A stretch of 64,000 nt of DNA from a virus. Made by a program: the position numbers and the translations under genes. A model generated the notes under the pieces. That model did not search any database and was not told the DNA's origin. It was given only the letters and a program-made list of their open reading frames with translations. The DNA lies in IMG/VR virus record IMGVR_UViG_3300028283_000495. One strand, written 5' to 3'. Within the stretch, counting starts at the first letter, position 1; each line of letters opens with the position of its first letter. This document shows positions 38,886 to 48,724 of this stretch, in pieces.

Positions 38886-39635
38886 TTAAGTTACTTGCAC
38901 TAATAAACCGTTATTAAATTTGAAATTCCAAATTTTTGATCCTGGACTAGGTACACCAGACGTTACATTTGCTGTCCACTCACCAACCCCACTAAATAAG
39001 AAAGGATTTGGTACATATCCACTACTACCACTTGTTCCTGATATACCACTAGTACCACTTGTTCCAGTTCCACTCGTGCCTGAAGTTCCATCTGCGCCTG
39101 ATGTTCCACTTGTACCAGTTGTTCCGCTTGTTCCTGTTATACCACTTGTTCCACTTGTTCCACTTGTTCCACTTGTTCCACTAGTACCCATTCCCGTCGC
39201 ACTAACACCAGATGTACCAGAAGTTCCAGAAGTTCCAGATGTACCAGAAGTTCCAGAAGATCCACCTAACCCACTTGTACCACTACTACCACTAACACCA
39301 CCTGTACCGTCAATACCACTCGAACCACTTGTAGATGAAGGTGATATACCACTTGTTCCGCTAATACCAGATGTTCCAGATATTCCGCTGCTACCCCCTT
39401 TTCCACTAGTTCCTGCTGATCCAGCGTTTCCTGTTGGTCCTGTTACTCCTGAAATTGGATAAGATATATTTCCAAATTCATCTTTTTGGGTTAGATATGA
39501 TGTACCGCTCACATCACTATAACCAAGTAATACCCATCCTTCTCTTGGGTTTTCAACGTTGTTGAAATCTTGTACTTGTAATTTTAAGATACTCATGGTA
39601 AGTGTTTTCTTTTTCTCTATATATAAATAATTCAA
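38886..39635 (-). CDS. (G-T-S)n collagen-like fibre protein
   Basis: PREGWVLLGYS N-domain, GTSGTSGTS run, FNNGLLVQV end. Confidence 0.75.
   Translation of the reverse strand: MNYLYIEKKKTLTMSILKLQVQDFNNVENPREGWVLLGYSDVSGTSYLTQKDEFGNISYPISGVTGPTGNAGSAGTSGKGGSSGISGTSGISGTSGISPSSTSGSSGIDGTGGVSGSSGTSGLGGSSGTSGTSGTSGTSGTSGVSATGMGTSGTSGTSGTSGTSGITGTSGTTGTSGTSGADGTSGTSGTGTSGTSGISGTSGSSGYVPNPFLFSGVGEWTANVTSGVPSPGSKIWNFKFNNGLLVQVT
39142..39177. repeat. 9-bp tandem repeat (CCACTTGTT)x4 encoding GTS
   Basis: Seen directly. Confidence 0.9.
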
Positions 39636-39716
39636 ATTAGAAAACTAAATGAAAATAATAAATGGGAATAACAATTCAGGCCTCGCATTATTTTATATAT
39701 ACGAATAAAAAATATT

Positions 39717-40502
39717 ATGGAAACAACCAATATTTATGTTCTAAAAGACCCAAGAACTAATGAAGTTAGATATATTGGAAAAGCCAATAATCCTGTTGAG
39801 AGATATAGAAATCATAACAATAAAGGAAGGGATAAAAATACACATAAAAGGAATTGGATCAATGAGTTGTGGAAGAATAAATTGAAACCGATATTAGAAA
39901 TAATAGATACTGTTCCAATAGATAAGTGGAAAGAATATGAAAAATTCTATATTAAAAAATATATAAACGATGGATGTGATCTCGTTAATTATACTGACGG
40001 TGGTGATGGTGCTACTTTTGCAAATGCTACTTCATTTAAACCAGGTAACGGTGCTAGAAAAGTGGTGATGTTGGATAAAAATGGTACATATTTAAGAACA
40101 TTTGATATGATAAAAGATGCTGAAGAATTTGTAGATATAAAGACAAATGGAGTAATGCAAGTTTTAATAAAAAGAAATAAAACTTGTAAAGGATTTCTTT
40201 TTATATATGAAGATGAATATAAAAATATGACTAGTGATGATGTTAATAAAATAGTAAAAGATGCAGTTTATATTCCAAAAGCAAATAATGGTAGTTTTAA
40301 AAAAGGAGACAAACCAAAAAATATTAAAAAGACATATCAATTTGATAAAAAAGGTAATTTTATAAAAGAATGGGATTCAGCAGCAGAAGCTCAAAGAGAA
40401 TTAAAATTAAAAGGTGGTGTAATTAATTGTGCTATAGGAACAGCGAAATCAGCAGGTGGATATTTCTGGTCTTATGATATAACAAAAAATAAATATAACT
40501 AA
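39717..40502 (+). CDS. GIY-YIG homing endonuclease with NUMOD1-like repeats
   Basis: IYVLKDP...RYIGKA...R; QFDKKGNFIKEWDSAAEAQREL. Confidence 0.9.
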   Translation: METTNIYVLKDPRTNEVRYIGKANNPVERYRNHNNKGRDKNTHKRNWINELWKNKLKPILEIIDTVPIDKWKEYEKFYIKKYINDGCDLVNYTDGGDGATFANATSFKPGNGARKVVMLDKNGTYLRTFDMIKDAEEFVDIKTNGVMQVLIKRNKTCKGFLFIYEDEYKNMTSDDVNKIVKDAVYIPKANNGSFKKGDKPKNIKKTYQFDKKGNFIKEWDSAAEAQRELKLKGGVINCAIGTAKSAGGYFWSYDITKNKYN

Positions 40503-40504
40503 TT

Positions 40505-41152
40505 GTGTTACTGATACTTATAAACGGAGCGAATAATAGTGGTAAAGATCAATTTGTAGAGTTCTTCGCTAAACATTATAAATTTAAGACTGTGAACTTA
40601 TCTACGATAGATAGAGTTAAAGAATTATCCGAACAATATTTCGGTTGGAATGGTAAAAAAACGGAAGAAGCTAGGAAATTTCTAGCTGAAATGAAAAGGA
40701 TATGGGCTGAGTTTAATAACGGTCCTTTTTTATATACTGTTAAGAAAATTAAATCCCATTTATCTAAATTGAACAAAAAGAATAAAGATAATATCGTTTA
40801 TTTTGTTCATTGTAGAGAGCCCGAGGAAATACAAAAATTTAAAGATAAATACAAGGATAAATGTTTGGCTATACTTCTTGAAAGAAAAGAAAGACCAGAA
40901 TCAAAAAAAATAGCAAATAATCACGCTGATATGGGTGTGGATAATTATAATTACGACGTGATTATATCAAACAACGGTAGTAAAATTGATCTAGAATTAG
41001 AGTCTATAAAATTCATCGAAGAAATTAAAAACAAATCATATCCTAAAGAATATATTAGTAGAAGAAGTATAGGTAAAATTGTTGATGGTTTGGTCACAGA
41101 AGAAACATGGATAGAAGATAGTCCTATAACAATAACAAAAAATAAAACTTAA
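40505..41152 (+). CDS. P-loop nucleotide kinase (dNMP kinase-like)
   Basis: ILINGANNSGKD, HCREPEE. Confidence 0.7.
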   Translation: MLLILINGANNSGKDQFVEFFAKHYKFKTVNLSTIDRVKELSEQYFGWNGKKTEEARKFLAEMKRIWAEFNNGPFLYTVKKIKSHLSKLNKKNKDNIVYFVHCREPEEIQKFKDKYKDKCLAILLERKERPESKKIANNHADMGVDNYNYDVIISNNGSKIDLELESIKFIEEIKNKSYPKEYISRRSIGKIVDGLVTEETWIEDSPITITKNKT

Positions 41153-41156
41153 AATT

Positions 41157-41459
41157 ATGCCAAAGTCGAAATTAAGAAAAGACCATAAGAAGAAAGCAAA
41201 CGCTTTCAAGAAGAGAGTAGAAGACAGAAAGAAATCATTTGAAAAACAAATGCGTTCACTATACGAAAGACAACAACAAGAAAATCTTGAAAAACAAATG
41301 GCTGCTGGCGATGTTTCCACACAAGAAATTGAAGGACTCAACGTTGAAGACTTTAAGATGGACACAGAAGAAATACCAACAATGGGTAATTTTGGTTTAC
41401 CAACGGAAGAAGCCATGCCAGTTATAGTAGAAGGTGTAACAAGTCCAGATCAATTATGA
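41157..41459 (+). CDS. hypothetical protein
   Basis: Basic N-terminus, acidic C-terminus. Confidence 0.6.
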   Translation: MPKSKLRKDHKKKANAFKKRVEDRKKSFEKQMRSLYERQQQENLEKQMAAGDVSTQEIEGLNVEDFKMDTEEIPTMGNFGLPTEEAMPVIVEGVTSPDQL

Positions 41460-41635
41460 GCCAGTTTTCAGAATATTTCGGTTTAAGTAAAAACAAACTA
41501 TCACCAGACCAACAAAGTAATATTGGTAAATATATATTTTTAGGAGTGGTGATATTTTGTATTTTATTCTTCCTATTTACTGTAATAGGTGCAATATTCT
41601 TCCAAGAAGAGATATCTAAATTTATATTCGTATGA
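41456..41635 (+). CDS. small membrane protein (59 aa, not in track)
   Basis: MSQFSEYFG...IFLGVVIFCILFFLFTVIGAIFF; ATGA overlaps. Confidence 0.55.
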   Translation: MSQFSEYFGLSKNKLSPDQQSNIGKYIFLGVVIFCILFFLFTVIGAIFFQEEISKFIFV

Positions 41636-41781
41636 TAGATAGCCCCTGTAAACATATATGCGTTCTGGAAGAAGGTGTATGTATTGGTTGTTATAGAACC
41701 AAAGAAGAAATTTCTAAATGGAGTAAAATGACTGACGAAGAAAAACAAAAAGTGTTAAATAGAATTAAAAAGGAGGAATAA
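41632..41781 (+). CDS. DUF1289-like Cys-rich protein (49 aa, not in track)
   Basis: SPCKHICVLEEGVCIGCYRTKEEISKWSKMTDEEKQKVL. Confidence 0.75.
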   Translation: MIDSPCKHICVLEEGVCIGCYRTKEEISKWSKMTDEEKQKVLNRIKKEE

Positions 41782-41783
41782 AT

Positions 41784-41981
41784 ATGTTTCAGACACAATC
41801 AGATTATAATAATATTAAAATAAACGAAGAGTTGATCAAGACATTAGATAAAGATAAACAATATCTACTTAAACAAATGTATAGTATCACAGAAGCTGAA
41901 TCGCCCGGTGATATGTACGATATTGCAGTAGAATCACTTAAACATTTTAAATTAAAAGAAGCACCACAAAATGAGTACTAA
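41784..41981 (+). CDS. hypothetical protein
   Basis: ORF in operon. Confidence 0.55.
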   Translation: MFQTQSDYNNIKINEELIKTLDKDKQYLLKQMYSITEAESPGDMYDIAVESLKHFKLKEAPQNEY

Positions 41982-42138
41982 ATTACCAGAAGGTTGGTTA
42001 GATTGGAACACTTTAACTCTTGATCAAATGGTAGAATATTTGGAAGAGAAATACAGGTTTTCTAGTAGTGGTGAGGCTTTATGTATTTTTCGGTTGATAG
42101 AATTTTACGAAAAGAATAAAAAAACCCAGTCTAAATGA
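41971..42138 (+). CDS. hypothetical protein (55 aa, not in track)
   Basis: MSTKLPEGWLDW...; ends in the terminator. Confidence 0.5.
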   Translation: MSTKLPEGWLDWNTLTLDQMVEYLEEKYRFSSSGEALCIFRLIEFYEKNKKTQSK

Positions 42139-42147
42139 CTGGGTTTT
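42121..42147. terminator. bidirectional terminator
   Basis: AAAACCCAGTC-TAAAT-GACTGGGTTTT. Confidence 0.8.
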
Positions 42148-42150
42148 CTT

Positions 42151-42666
42151 TTATACACAACTTAATGCGTTCACTTTTTTACTTCTGATTTGTTTTCTCA
42201 AATCTATACCTTTCATATTATTAATATTTAAGGTACTAGATCCGTTTTTTACACTCATCAAAGACACTGGGTTAGTAGTGCCTAAACCTATTGAGGTACT
42301 ATAAGAACCTGACGATATCGTCATTGTGCTACCAGACCATCCGTTCCAAAGAGGTGATGAATAATCAAAATTTGTGGTGGTTGGTGGCGAGTGGGAACTA
42401 TCCCAACTTTTCACATTTCCCCAGGCTATTCCACCTGTTCCGCTTGTACCACTTCTACCACTTATTCCTGACGATCCACTTGTTCCTGAAATGCCTGATG
42501 TTCCGCTATATCCAGATACTCCTGATTTTCCTGTATGGCCTTGTGGGCCTTTCGGTCCAACATATCCTGCCATTCCGTCAGTACCAGATGTTACTGAACT
42601 ACCATATGAACCAGACGTTCCTGATGTTCCGGACGTCCCAGATCTTCCTTGATTCCTACCAGCCAC
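42151..42666 (-). CDS. GTS-repeat low-complexity protein
   Basis: SGTSGTSGTSG and GPKGPQG Gly-X-Y run; ends LRKQIRSKKVNAL. Confidence 0.55.
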   Translation of the reverse strand: MAGRNQGRSGTSGTSGTSGSYGSSVTSGTDGMAGYVGPKGPQGHTGKSGVSGYSGTSGISGTSGSSGISGRSGTSGTGGIAWGNVKSWDSSHSPPTTTNFDYSSPLWNGWSGSTMTISSGSYSTSIGLGTTNPVSLMSVKNGSSTLNINNMKGIDLRKQIRSKKVNALSCV

Positions 42667-42731
42667 GTGACCTGCTGTTCGGTATCTCTTGTATTTAAAA
42701 AGATCTTGGAGTTCCTTATGTCCCCATTTAC

Positions 42732-42947
42732 TTAAAAAGGGCGCACTATAACGTCGATCTGGTCAAGTTGATCTTTGTACTCACCTTGTAGAAGTGAAAC
42801 TGCCGTCATAAAGACTGCTTTTTCTTCTTTTGCCAACATACACTTTGGTCCGTCGACGATGGTTGATTTCTTACCTTCTTTTTCTTGTAATTCATTTGGA
42901 TGCCACACTACTGCATACTCAAATAATGTTGATTTTGTTGTTGCCAT
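42732..42947 (-). CDS. hypothetical protein
   Basis: ORF in operon. Confidence 0.6.
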   Translation of the reverse strand: MATTKSTLFEYAVVWHPNELQEKEGKKSTIVDGPKCMLAKEEKAVFMTAVSLLQGEYKDQLDQIDVIVRPF

Positions 42948-42982
42948 AATTTTAGTTATATTTTTTTGGTTAATTTATTGCA

Positions 42983-43489
42983 TTATTTTTGATATCGTGG
43001 GTCGTTTTCATATGTCTTGATATCTGATAATATCTCATCCATATTTCTTAAGCGACATTCAATATTTTCTTCTTTATATTCTGGGTGCTCAATTAATTGT
43101 TTACTCCAGAAATCGAAATATTTTCTAATGTTTTCTCTTCCTTTTTTAAAATATTTCTGTTTATTTGGATCTATAAAATCATGTGGAAAATTATTATATT
43201 TATGACTATCAAAATAAACTCCGAACTCATTAGCTAGTTCTTCACCATCTTTAAAATCTCCAATTTTCTGATAAACTCTTTTAGGTTTCAGAAAATCAAC
43301 AAGATATGATGTGTTTTCTTTTTTAAGACATATGATGAAATTTTCACTACGATCAAGATCATATAAATCTGTGTAGAATCTATAAGTAAATCTAGCTTTG
43401 GGACCTTCTGGAAAATTACAATAACATCCACTAAAGGTATCTATATTGTTTTCAAGAAAATATTTCTTTAGTTTATCTATTTTTTTCAT
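42983..43489 (-). CDS. hypothetical protein
   Basis: ORF in operon. Confidence 0.6.
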   Translation of the reverse strand: MKKIDKLKKYFLENNIDTFSGCYCNFPEGPKARFTYRFYTDLYDLDRSENFIICLKKENTSYLVDFLKPKRVYQKIGDFKDGEELANEFGVYFDSHKYNNFPHDFIDPNKQKYFKKGRENIRKYFDFWSKQLIEHPEYKEENIECRLRNMDEILSDIKTYENDPRYQK

Positions 43490-44721
43490 CTTTTCCTTCT
43501 ATTCTTTACTTTTTTCGATTTAAGTCCCACATTTATAGCTTTCATAACAATATCATCACGATACCATTTGTGGCTATTTTTCTCTTGCCACATCGCTTCT
43601 GATTGTGAACCTAAGTTTTTTATTGTATCATCTAAGATTAAATTGGGATTTGGTTTGACTGGACCGTCATTATAATTCATTGAATTCTGTCTGTCGTAAT
43701 TAGACATAGAAAATAATTCCTCGTATTTAGCGTGATATTCATCAGACATTCTATATGGTCCTGTGTTTCTCATATATCCAAACTCAATTGGTTTATCGTC
43801 ATCTGTTCCCTTTTCAGCAATAATTCTTTCGAAATTAGGAATCATATACCCATCCTCCACTATTGAGGAGAGCAAACCTGTTACAGTAACATAAGTTTTT
43901 TGGGTTGTTAATTCTTTTGCTTCAACTTGGGACAGATGAGCGTTCCAATAAGCTCCTTTATTAAAAAACTTTTTAATCCATCCGTCTATTCTATCACTAC
44001 CATAACCAGCACTTGTCCATAAAATACTTCTCCAAAAAGCGTCATTCTTCCAATTATCAATTATACCCTGAACAGCTTCTTTAGCCCTTCCAATATAATC
44101 TTGTAAAGGAACCACTCTGTTAAACCTATCCAAAGCGTCTAACATTAACTCGTAATCAGCCTTCTTTCCAAGTATCTTGATTTTATTATAATCACAGCCA
44201 ATCCATTCATAAGTGTAGAAATTCGATACCATTTCTAAAAATGTTGTGGAAAAAGCAAATCTACTATCATCATCAGATGTTGTAAAGGCTGGAAGTATAT
44301 CCCCTCTTTGTATATCCATAGGTACATTTTCCAGCACCAACTCAACAAACTGATCTATTGGCATGTGTATCAGTGAATTATTATGTCCTTCTATCGTTAT
44401 TTTACCCTTCTTTTTGTAAGTAAAGTATTTTCTACACTCTTCGGGATTAGCATTCACTATTGATGATAATTCACATAATATAGTGTACCATATAAAATCG
44501 GGTTTTATAATAATACCGTAATCCATATTGTAAGCAATCTTTAAATAACTTACAAAATTATTATGAGGCACAATACCTTTAATATTATTATACACTATAT
44601 TCTTGTGGTACAAATCTTTAGGACAACCTCTATGTTTTGTAAATATATCTATTGGGTTCAGTCCTTCCAGTACTACCCTGAAATCTTTCAGAGGAGTATT
44701 CTTTACTAATATCTCTCTCAT
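43486..44721 (-). CDS. DUF4419-like protein
   Basis: NFV...AY...IKPDFIWYTIL...VNANPEECRKYF...GK pattern. Confidence 0.65.
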   Translation of the reverse strand: MREILVKNTPLKDFRVVLEGLNPIDIFTKHRGCPKDLYHKNIVYNNIKGIVPHNNFVSYLKIAYNMDYGIIIKPDFIWYTILCELSSIVNANPEECRKYFTYKKKGKITIEGHNNSLIHMPIDQFVELVLENVPMDIQRGDILPAFTTSDDDSRFAFSTTFLEMVSNFYTYEWIGCDYNKIKILGKKADYELMLDALDRFNRVVPLQDYIGRAKEAVQGIIDNWKNDAFWRSILWTSAGYGSDRIDGWIKKFFNKGAYWNAHLSQVEAKELTTQKTYVTVTGLLSSIVEDGYMIPNFERIIAEKGTDDDKPIEFGYMRNTGPYRMSDEYHAKYEELFSMSNYDRQNSMNYNDGPVKPNPNLILDDTIKNLGSQSEAMWQEKNSHKWYRDDIVMKAINVGLKSKKVKNRRKR

Positions 44722-44730
44722 TTTATTACC

Positions 44731-45972
44731 TTATTTTTTCACTTTTCTGCCACATATTGGACAGAAACTCCAACCGCCTTTGCCTCTGCTTACTCTATAA
44801 CCACATTTACAATATTCTCTGATGGCAGATTCGTTCTTAACGTAAGTATTTGTCTGTGTTCCATCAATGATATTCTTTATGGTATCAGAATCGTAGAGTT
44901 TTTTTTTGACTGGTTTAAGTGAAAAAGGTAATAATTTGAATTTAACTCTGTAAAATGGTTCACCCACTTCAAAGGTTATTGGTGAGAAGTATTGATTAGA
45001 AACACCGCCTTTTTCAATACGTCCTGTTTCTATTCTCTTTCTTGCAAGTTTTGTTTGGACTGGTGTTCCATTTGGTCCTATTGGTCCATTTGGTCCGTTC
45101 ATAGTTATGCCTCTACTCATTTCTTGTGGGGCGTAATCTATTGAAGTATAACTCGCATTAGCCATACCAAGGAAATTAGGTACACCTCCACCGAAACCTC
45201 TTGTTCCAGCTCTTCCATCGTAACCTGATGTACCAGAAGTGCCCGACACACCAGACTTACCAGAAGTTCCAGATGACCCTGATGTGCCGGATGTGCCGCT
45301 GAAACCGCTAACTCTGCCATTATTTATAGTAGCATTACTCACTATCAATTGACCGTTGTTAATGTCGAGGGTGCCATTGATTTTTAAATTACCATTAATA
45401 ACAACGTCAGTTCCACTAACAGATAAGTTAGTAGTTGAATTTGATGTTCCTATACCACCTGCTGTTCCTGATGTTGAAATAGTACTTCCACTATACGAAA
45501 TATTAGTATAGAGTGGGGTTGTGTACCAATTTGGATTAATGGTAATGTAATTTGGATCGTAAGTGGTTATACTTGTTGTATATACTGGTGGAGCTTTTTT
45601 CTCGTTCCAGAATACTACTTCTAGTACACCGTTTTTTTCGATAGCTTTGATTGCTTGTTGTACTCTTTCTTCCGACATACCTTTGGTATCGATATCGTAA
45701 GCGTTAAAAGTTAATTTACGATTAGTACCAATGTATCTTTCGATAGTAATTTCCTGTCCAGGATTGAGTACGAGTAGATCGTTATCTACTTTAATACCGT
45801 TCATGCATAGTTGAACACCGATGCGTTCTTGAAGTGGGTTAAAAAATTTTAGTTGAAAATTGTCTCCGTTGCGGAGGTAAACTTTATTTTTCTTCTTTCC
45901 GTAAAGTTTACGTTGTTGACCGTTGACGCAGATTTCACACGTCGGCAAGGTCATGCCGTGCAGATCATTCAT
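44731..45972 (-). CDS. hypothetical protein with inserted GTS repeats and C-terminal zinc ribbon
   Basis: NGDNFQLKFFNP N-domain; SGTSGTSG insert; CKCG...CPICG. Confidence 0.7.
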   Translation of the reverse strand: MNDLHGMTLPTCEICVNGQQRKLYGKKKNKVYLRNGDNFQLKFFNPLQERIGVQLCMNGIKVDNDLLVLNPGQEITIERYIGTNRKLTFNAYDIDTKGMSEERVQQAIKAIEKNGVLEVVFWNEKKAPPVYTTSITTYDPNYITINPNWYTTPLYTNISYSGSTISTSGTAGGIGTSNSTTNLSVSGTDVVINGNLKINGTLDINNGQLIVSNATINNGRVSGFSGTSGTSGSSGTSGKSGVSGTSGTSGYDGRAGTRGFGGGVPNFLGMANASYTSIDYAPQEMSRGITMNGPNGPIGPNGTPVQTKLARKRIETGRIEKGGVSNQYFSPITFEVGEPFYRVKFKLLPFSLKPVKKKLYDSDTIKNIIDGTQTNTYVKNESAIREYCKCGYRVSRGKGGWSFCPICGRKVKK

Positions 45973-46159
45973 TATGTCCTCCTTTTTTCATTTTTTATTT
46001 CTGAAATACTAATTTTTTCATTGCTCTTCACAATTCAAAAGTGGAATACACTCAAAATCAGTATGACCAAAAAGATCACTCGTTTGTGACGATATTATAT
46101 ATTTAAACACTACGGTCCGAAACCCAATTTTTAGAAAATATTTTTTAATATATAGCGTT

Positions 46160-46315
46160 ATGAATACGGAATTTGAAAACTTTATTAACGAAAGCTATGC
46201 TTTCCCTAAGTCCGCTGAGCCGTTAAAAAATTATTTAATTAATTTATCGTTGGATAAATTTAAATGGTGGTTAAATAGAAAGGGACTAGCAAATTTCATT
46301 CTTGTTCCAAATTGA
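46160..46315 (+). pseudogene. probably truncated gene with targeting-like N-terminus
   Basis: MNTEFENFINES..., AATATATA upstream, overlaps the convergent ORF. Confidence 0.45.
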
Positions 46316-46629
46316 CCGATAGCGTCTCTTATGAAATTTCTATTTATATCAACGCCAATATAGTTAATATTCAATCTAATATCCTTTGTATAACTATATA
46401 AATCACCAAGACCACAACTGAAATCTAAAACTGAATCGTTATTTTTAACTCCAATTTCTAAAAGGTTTTTGAATCTTTCAGTTTGTTCTTTAGGACCGTG
46501 CTCCCAATAAACTTTATAGGCATTTAACCCCTTGTCCAACTTTTTAGTGGTTGTCTTATAACGATTTCTGTTATTGTTATAAACATCTAAAGTGGCACTC
46601 TTATCAAATTCATATAGTTTATTAAACAT
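46231..46629 (-). pseudogene. C-terminally truncated class I SAM-dependent methyltransferase
   Basis: SVLDFSCGLGDL, YIGVDIN; stops shortly after motif II. Confidence 0.6.
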
Positions 46630-46649
46630 AAAACTATATATTAAAAAAA

Positions 46650-48011
46650 TTATTGAGGTTTCTTACCTTCCATACCTTTTGTTGGTATAGGTCTTCCCCT
46701 AGACTTACTCTTCTTACTCTTCCCCTTCTTCTCTCCACCACCTTCTACTTCTCTGAATTTGTTGTAGACGTCTGGGTAAAGTCTTTTATCAGCGTCAATA
46801 TTGAAACTTAATTTGAAGTAATCATTGAAGTTAAGTAAATCAGATTTTTGTAAGTTGTACTCTCTGTTGATATTCAATAATTTATCAACGTGTGCATTTA
46901 ATTTATCTACAAAATTGTTAAAGATTTCTACTGTTTGATCGTTAAAAACACCAACTGGTTTCTTTCTTCTTCTATTAAATGTACCAAGAATGACCTTGAA
47001 AATATATTCAATCTTCTTATCTGATTTAATATGTTCAATAGTTTTCTTATTATTCAATAAATCAACATTAATCTTAAATTTCTCGTCTTTGAAAAACTGT
47101 GGTATATTTATCTCCCAATCATCAATATGCTTTTTTACATTTTCCATATATTCGTTGAATAACTGGCAAATTAAATCTATATAGATTTCGTCTTTAATAT
47201 TAGCCTTAACTTTATAAGATTTTATATCTATTAACTGGCAATATTCCAAGAAGTTAAGTATGATTAAACTATACATTTCAACGTATTCTGCTGTATTTTG
47301 GTAGGACATTCTTTTATAAAGTGGGTTTAGTACTTCAAAAGACACGTCGTCGTTACCATCCACTTTGATAACAATTTTTTCCAGATTGTCGTTGAATTCG
47401 TCGTTGTGCATTAAAAATGAATTCTTTAACTGTGGATTTAATATATCGTAAAAGAATTTGGCGAAATTAGCCTCACCAAAAACGAATTCCAAGTCTTCTT
47501 CTGATGTGTGTAGATATAGATTAATAACTTCTAATTGCTTGTGATTTAATTTACCCATAAAAATAACAGGAAGACAATCACAATCGAAAAGATTGGCGTA
47601 CTCTTGTAATTCAGCGTAATCATATTTATATTTATTCCCCTTAACAATACAAGTAAGAATAAGATTGTTCTTTGGATTTTTAGCGTACTCTATGTTAGCA
47701 GGACAAGCATCGTAAGGTGGGAAATATTCAAAACAGAACCACCAGTTCTTTGATAATAAATCAGTTACGTATGAAGGTAACGAGTTAAAGTAGTTGAATG
47801 CTTGGTTATAAAATTTTTGCACGGTAAGGTCTATAAAGTTAAGAGGATCGTTTTTAGTTGATTTTGGTTTAACTATAAATTTATCACCGTCATATTTAAC
47901 GAAGATTTTGCTTCCTTGTATATCTTCGAAAATAACTAAATTGTTGTTTGTAACTAAATTTAGGAAGTCTTGGGTGTTTTCAACACCAGTTAATTTAATA
48001 ATTTGCGTCAT
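46650..48011 (-). CDS. RNA-ligase/nucleotidyltransferase-fold-like protein lacking the motif I lysine
   Basis: FEDIQGSKIFV (cf. EKLDGS), CFEYF, EKIVIK, FEV. Confidence 0.45.
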   Translation of the reverse strand: MTQIIKLTGVENTQDFLNLVTNNNLVIFEDIQGSKIFVKYDGDKFIVKPKSTKNDPLNFIDLTVQKFYNQAFNYFNSLPSYVTDLLSKNWWFCFEYFPPYDACPANIEYAKNPKNNLILTCIVKGNKYKYDYAELQEYANLFDCDCLPVIFMGKLNHKQLEVINLYLHTSEEDLEFVFGEANFAKFFYDILNPQLKNSFLMHNDEFNDNLEKIVIKVDGNDDVSFEVLNPLYKRMSYQNTAEYVEMYSLIILNFLEYCQLIDIKSYKVKANIKDEIYIDLICQLFNEYMENVKKHIDDWEINIPQFFKDEKFKINVDLLNNKKTIEHIKSDKKIEYIFKVILGTFNRRRKKPVGVFNDQTVEIFNNFVDKLNAHVDKLLNINREYNLQKSDLLNFNDYFKLSFNIDADKRLYPDVYNKFREVEGGGEKKGKSKKSKSRGRPIPTKGMEGKKPQ

Positions 48012-48089
48012 AAGAAATTCTTTTGTTTTTTGAATTTGTAAACTTATATATTAAAAATCGAGGACCAGAATTTTATATATAGTTGCAAT

Positions 48090-48716
48090 ATGGAAAATTT
48101 AGTACCTTTTGATTCTTTTTTAAATGAGAAGCTTGGTGTTTCTGATGTTGTTTACAGAACAGCAGAAAAAATATATGCACAGAAGAATTTAAAAAAATGG
48201 GAGACTAAATTTAGTAGATCCAACTTAAAAGGTAAAATGACCCTTGATACAAAAGAATATGAAGCACCTTTCAATGAAATGAATCTTGTTATACATTTTA
48301 CTAATAACGAACGTCCAAAGAATAGACACGGTGGTATGGATAGAATTGATCAGAATACTTACGATATTTACATATATCACCATTGTAATAACGTATTTAG
48401 AACACTTGCTCACGAATTAGACCACGTATATCAAGTTTATTTAAAGAAAGAAAGATATAAAACTAATTTCGCCAAACCATCTGTGCTAAGGAAATCTGAA
48501 CAAAGCCCAATAATGATGTCTGTTTACACTCAACTAAAACAGAGAGGGGTGAAGTCAAAAGAAGAATTTATAGAGAAGTTAATGAAGTTACCGAAGTACA
48601 AGAAGTACGTAGAAATACTTGATGATCCAAAACAAAGTAATAAGAATAAGGCTGTAGCTGATAAGATGATAAAGAAGATGCATAAGTTGTACGCTGTGTT
48701 CGCAGACGAAAAATAA
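48090..48716 (+). CDS. zincin-like metalloprotease with targeting-like N-terminus
   Basis: PFDSFLNE|K; LAHELDHVYQ (HExxH). Confidence 0.7.
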   Translation: MENLVPFDSFLNEKLGVSDVVYRTAEKIYAQKNLKKWETKFSRSNLKGKMTLDTKEYEAPFNEMNLVIHFTNNERPKNRHGGMDRIDQNTYDIYIYHHCNNVFRTLAHELDHVYQVYLKKERYKTNFAKPSVLRKSEQSPIMMSVYTQLKQRGVKSKEEFIEKLMKLPKYKKYVEILDDPKQSNKNKAVADKMIKKMHKLYAVFADEK

Positions 48717-48724
48717 GTTAAAAA

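Noticed and set aside
38415-39462. Pro/Val/Leu-rich plus-strand ORFs (38555, 38920), also 42374 and alternative frames 38415, 45138
   Set aside because: Antisense or frame-shifted read-outs of the GTS repeats.
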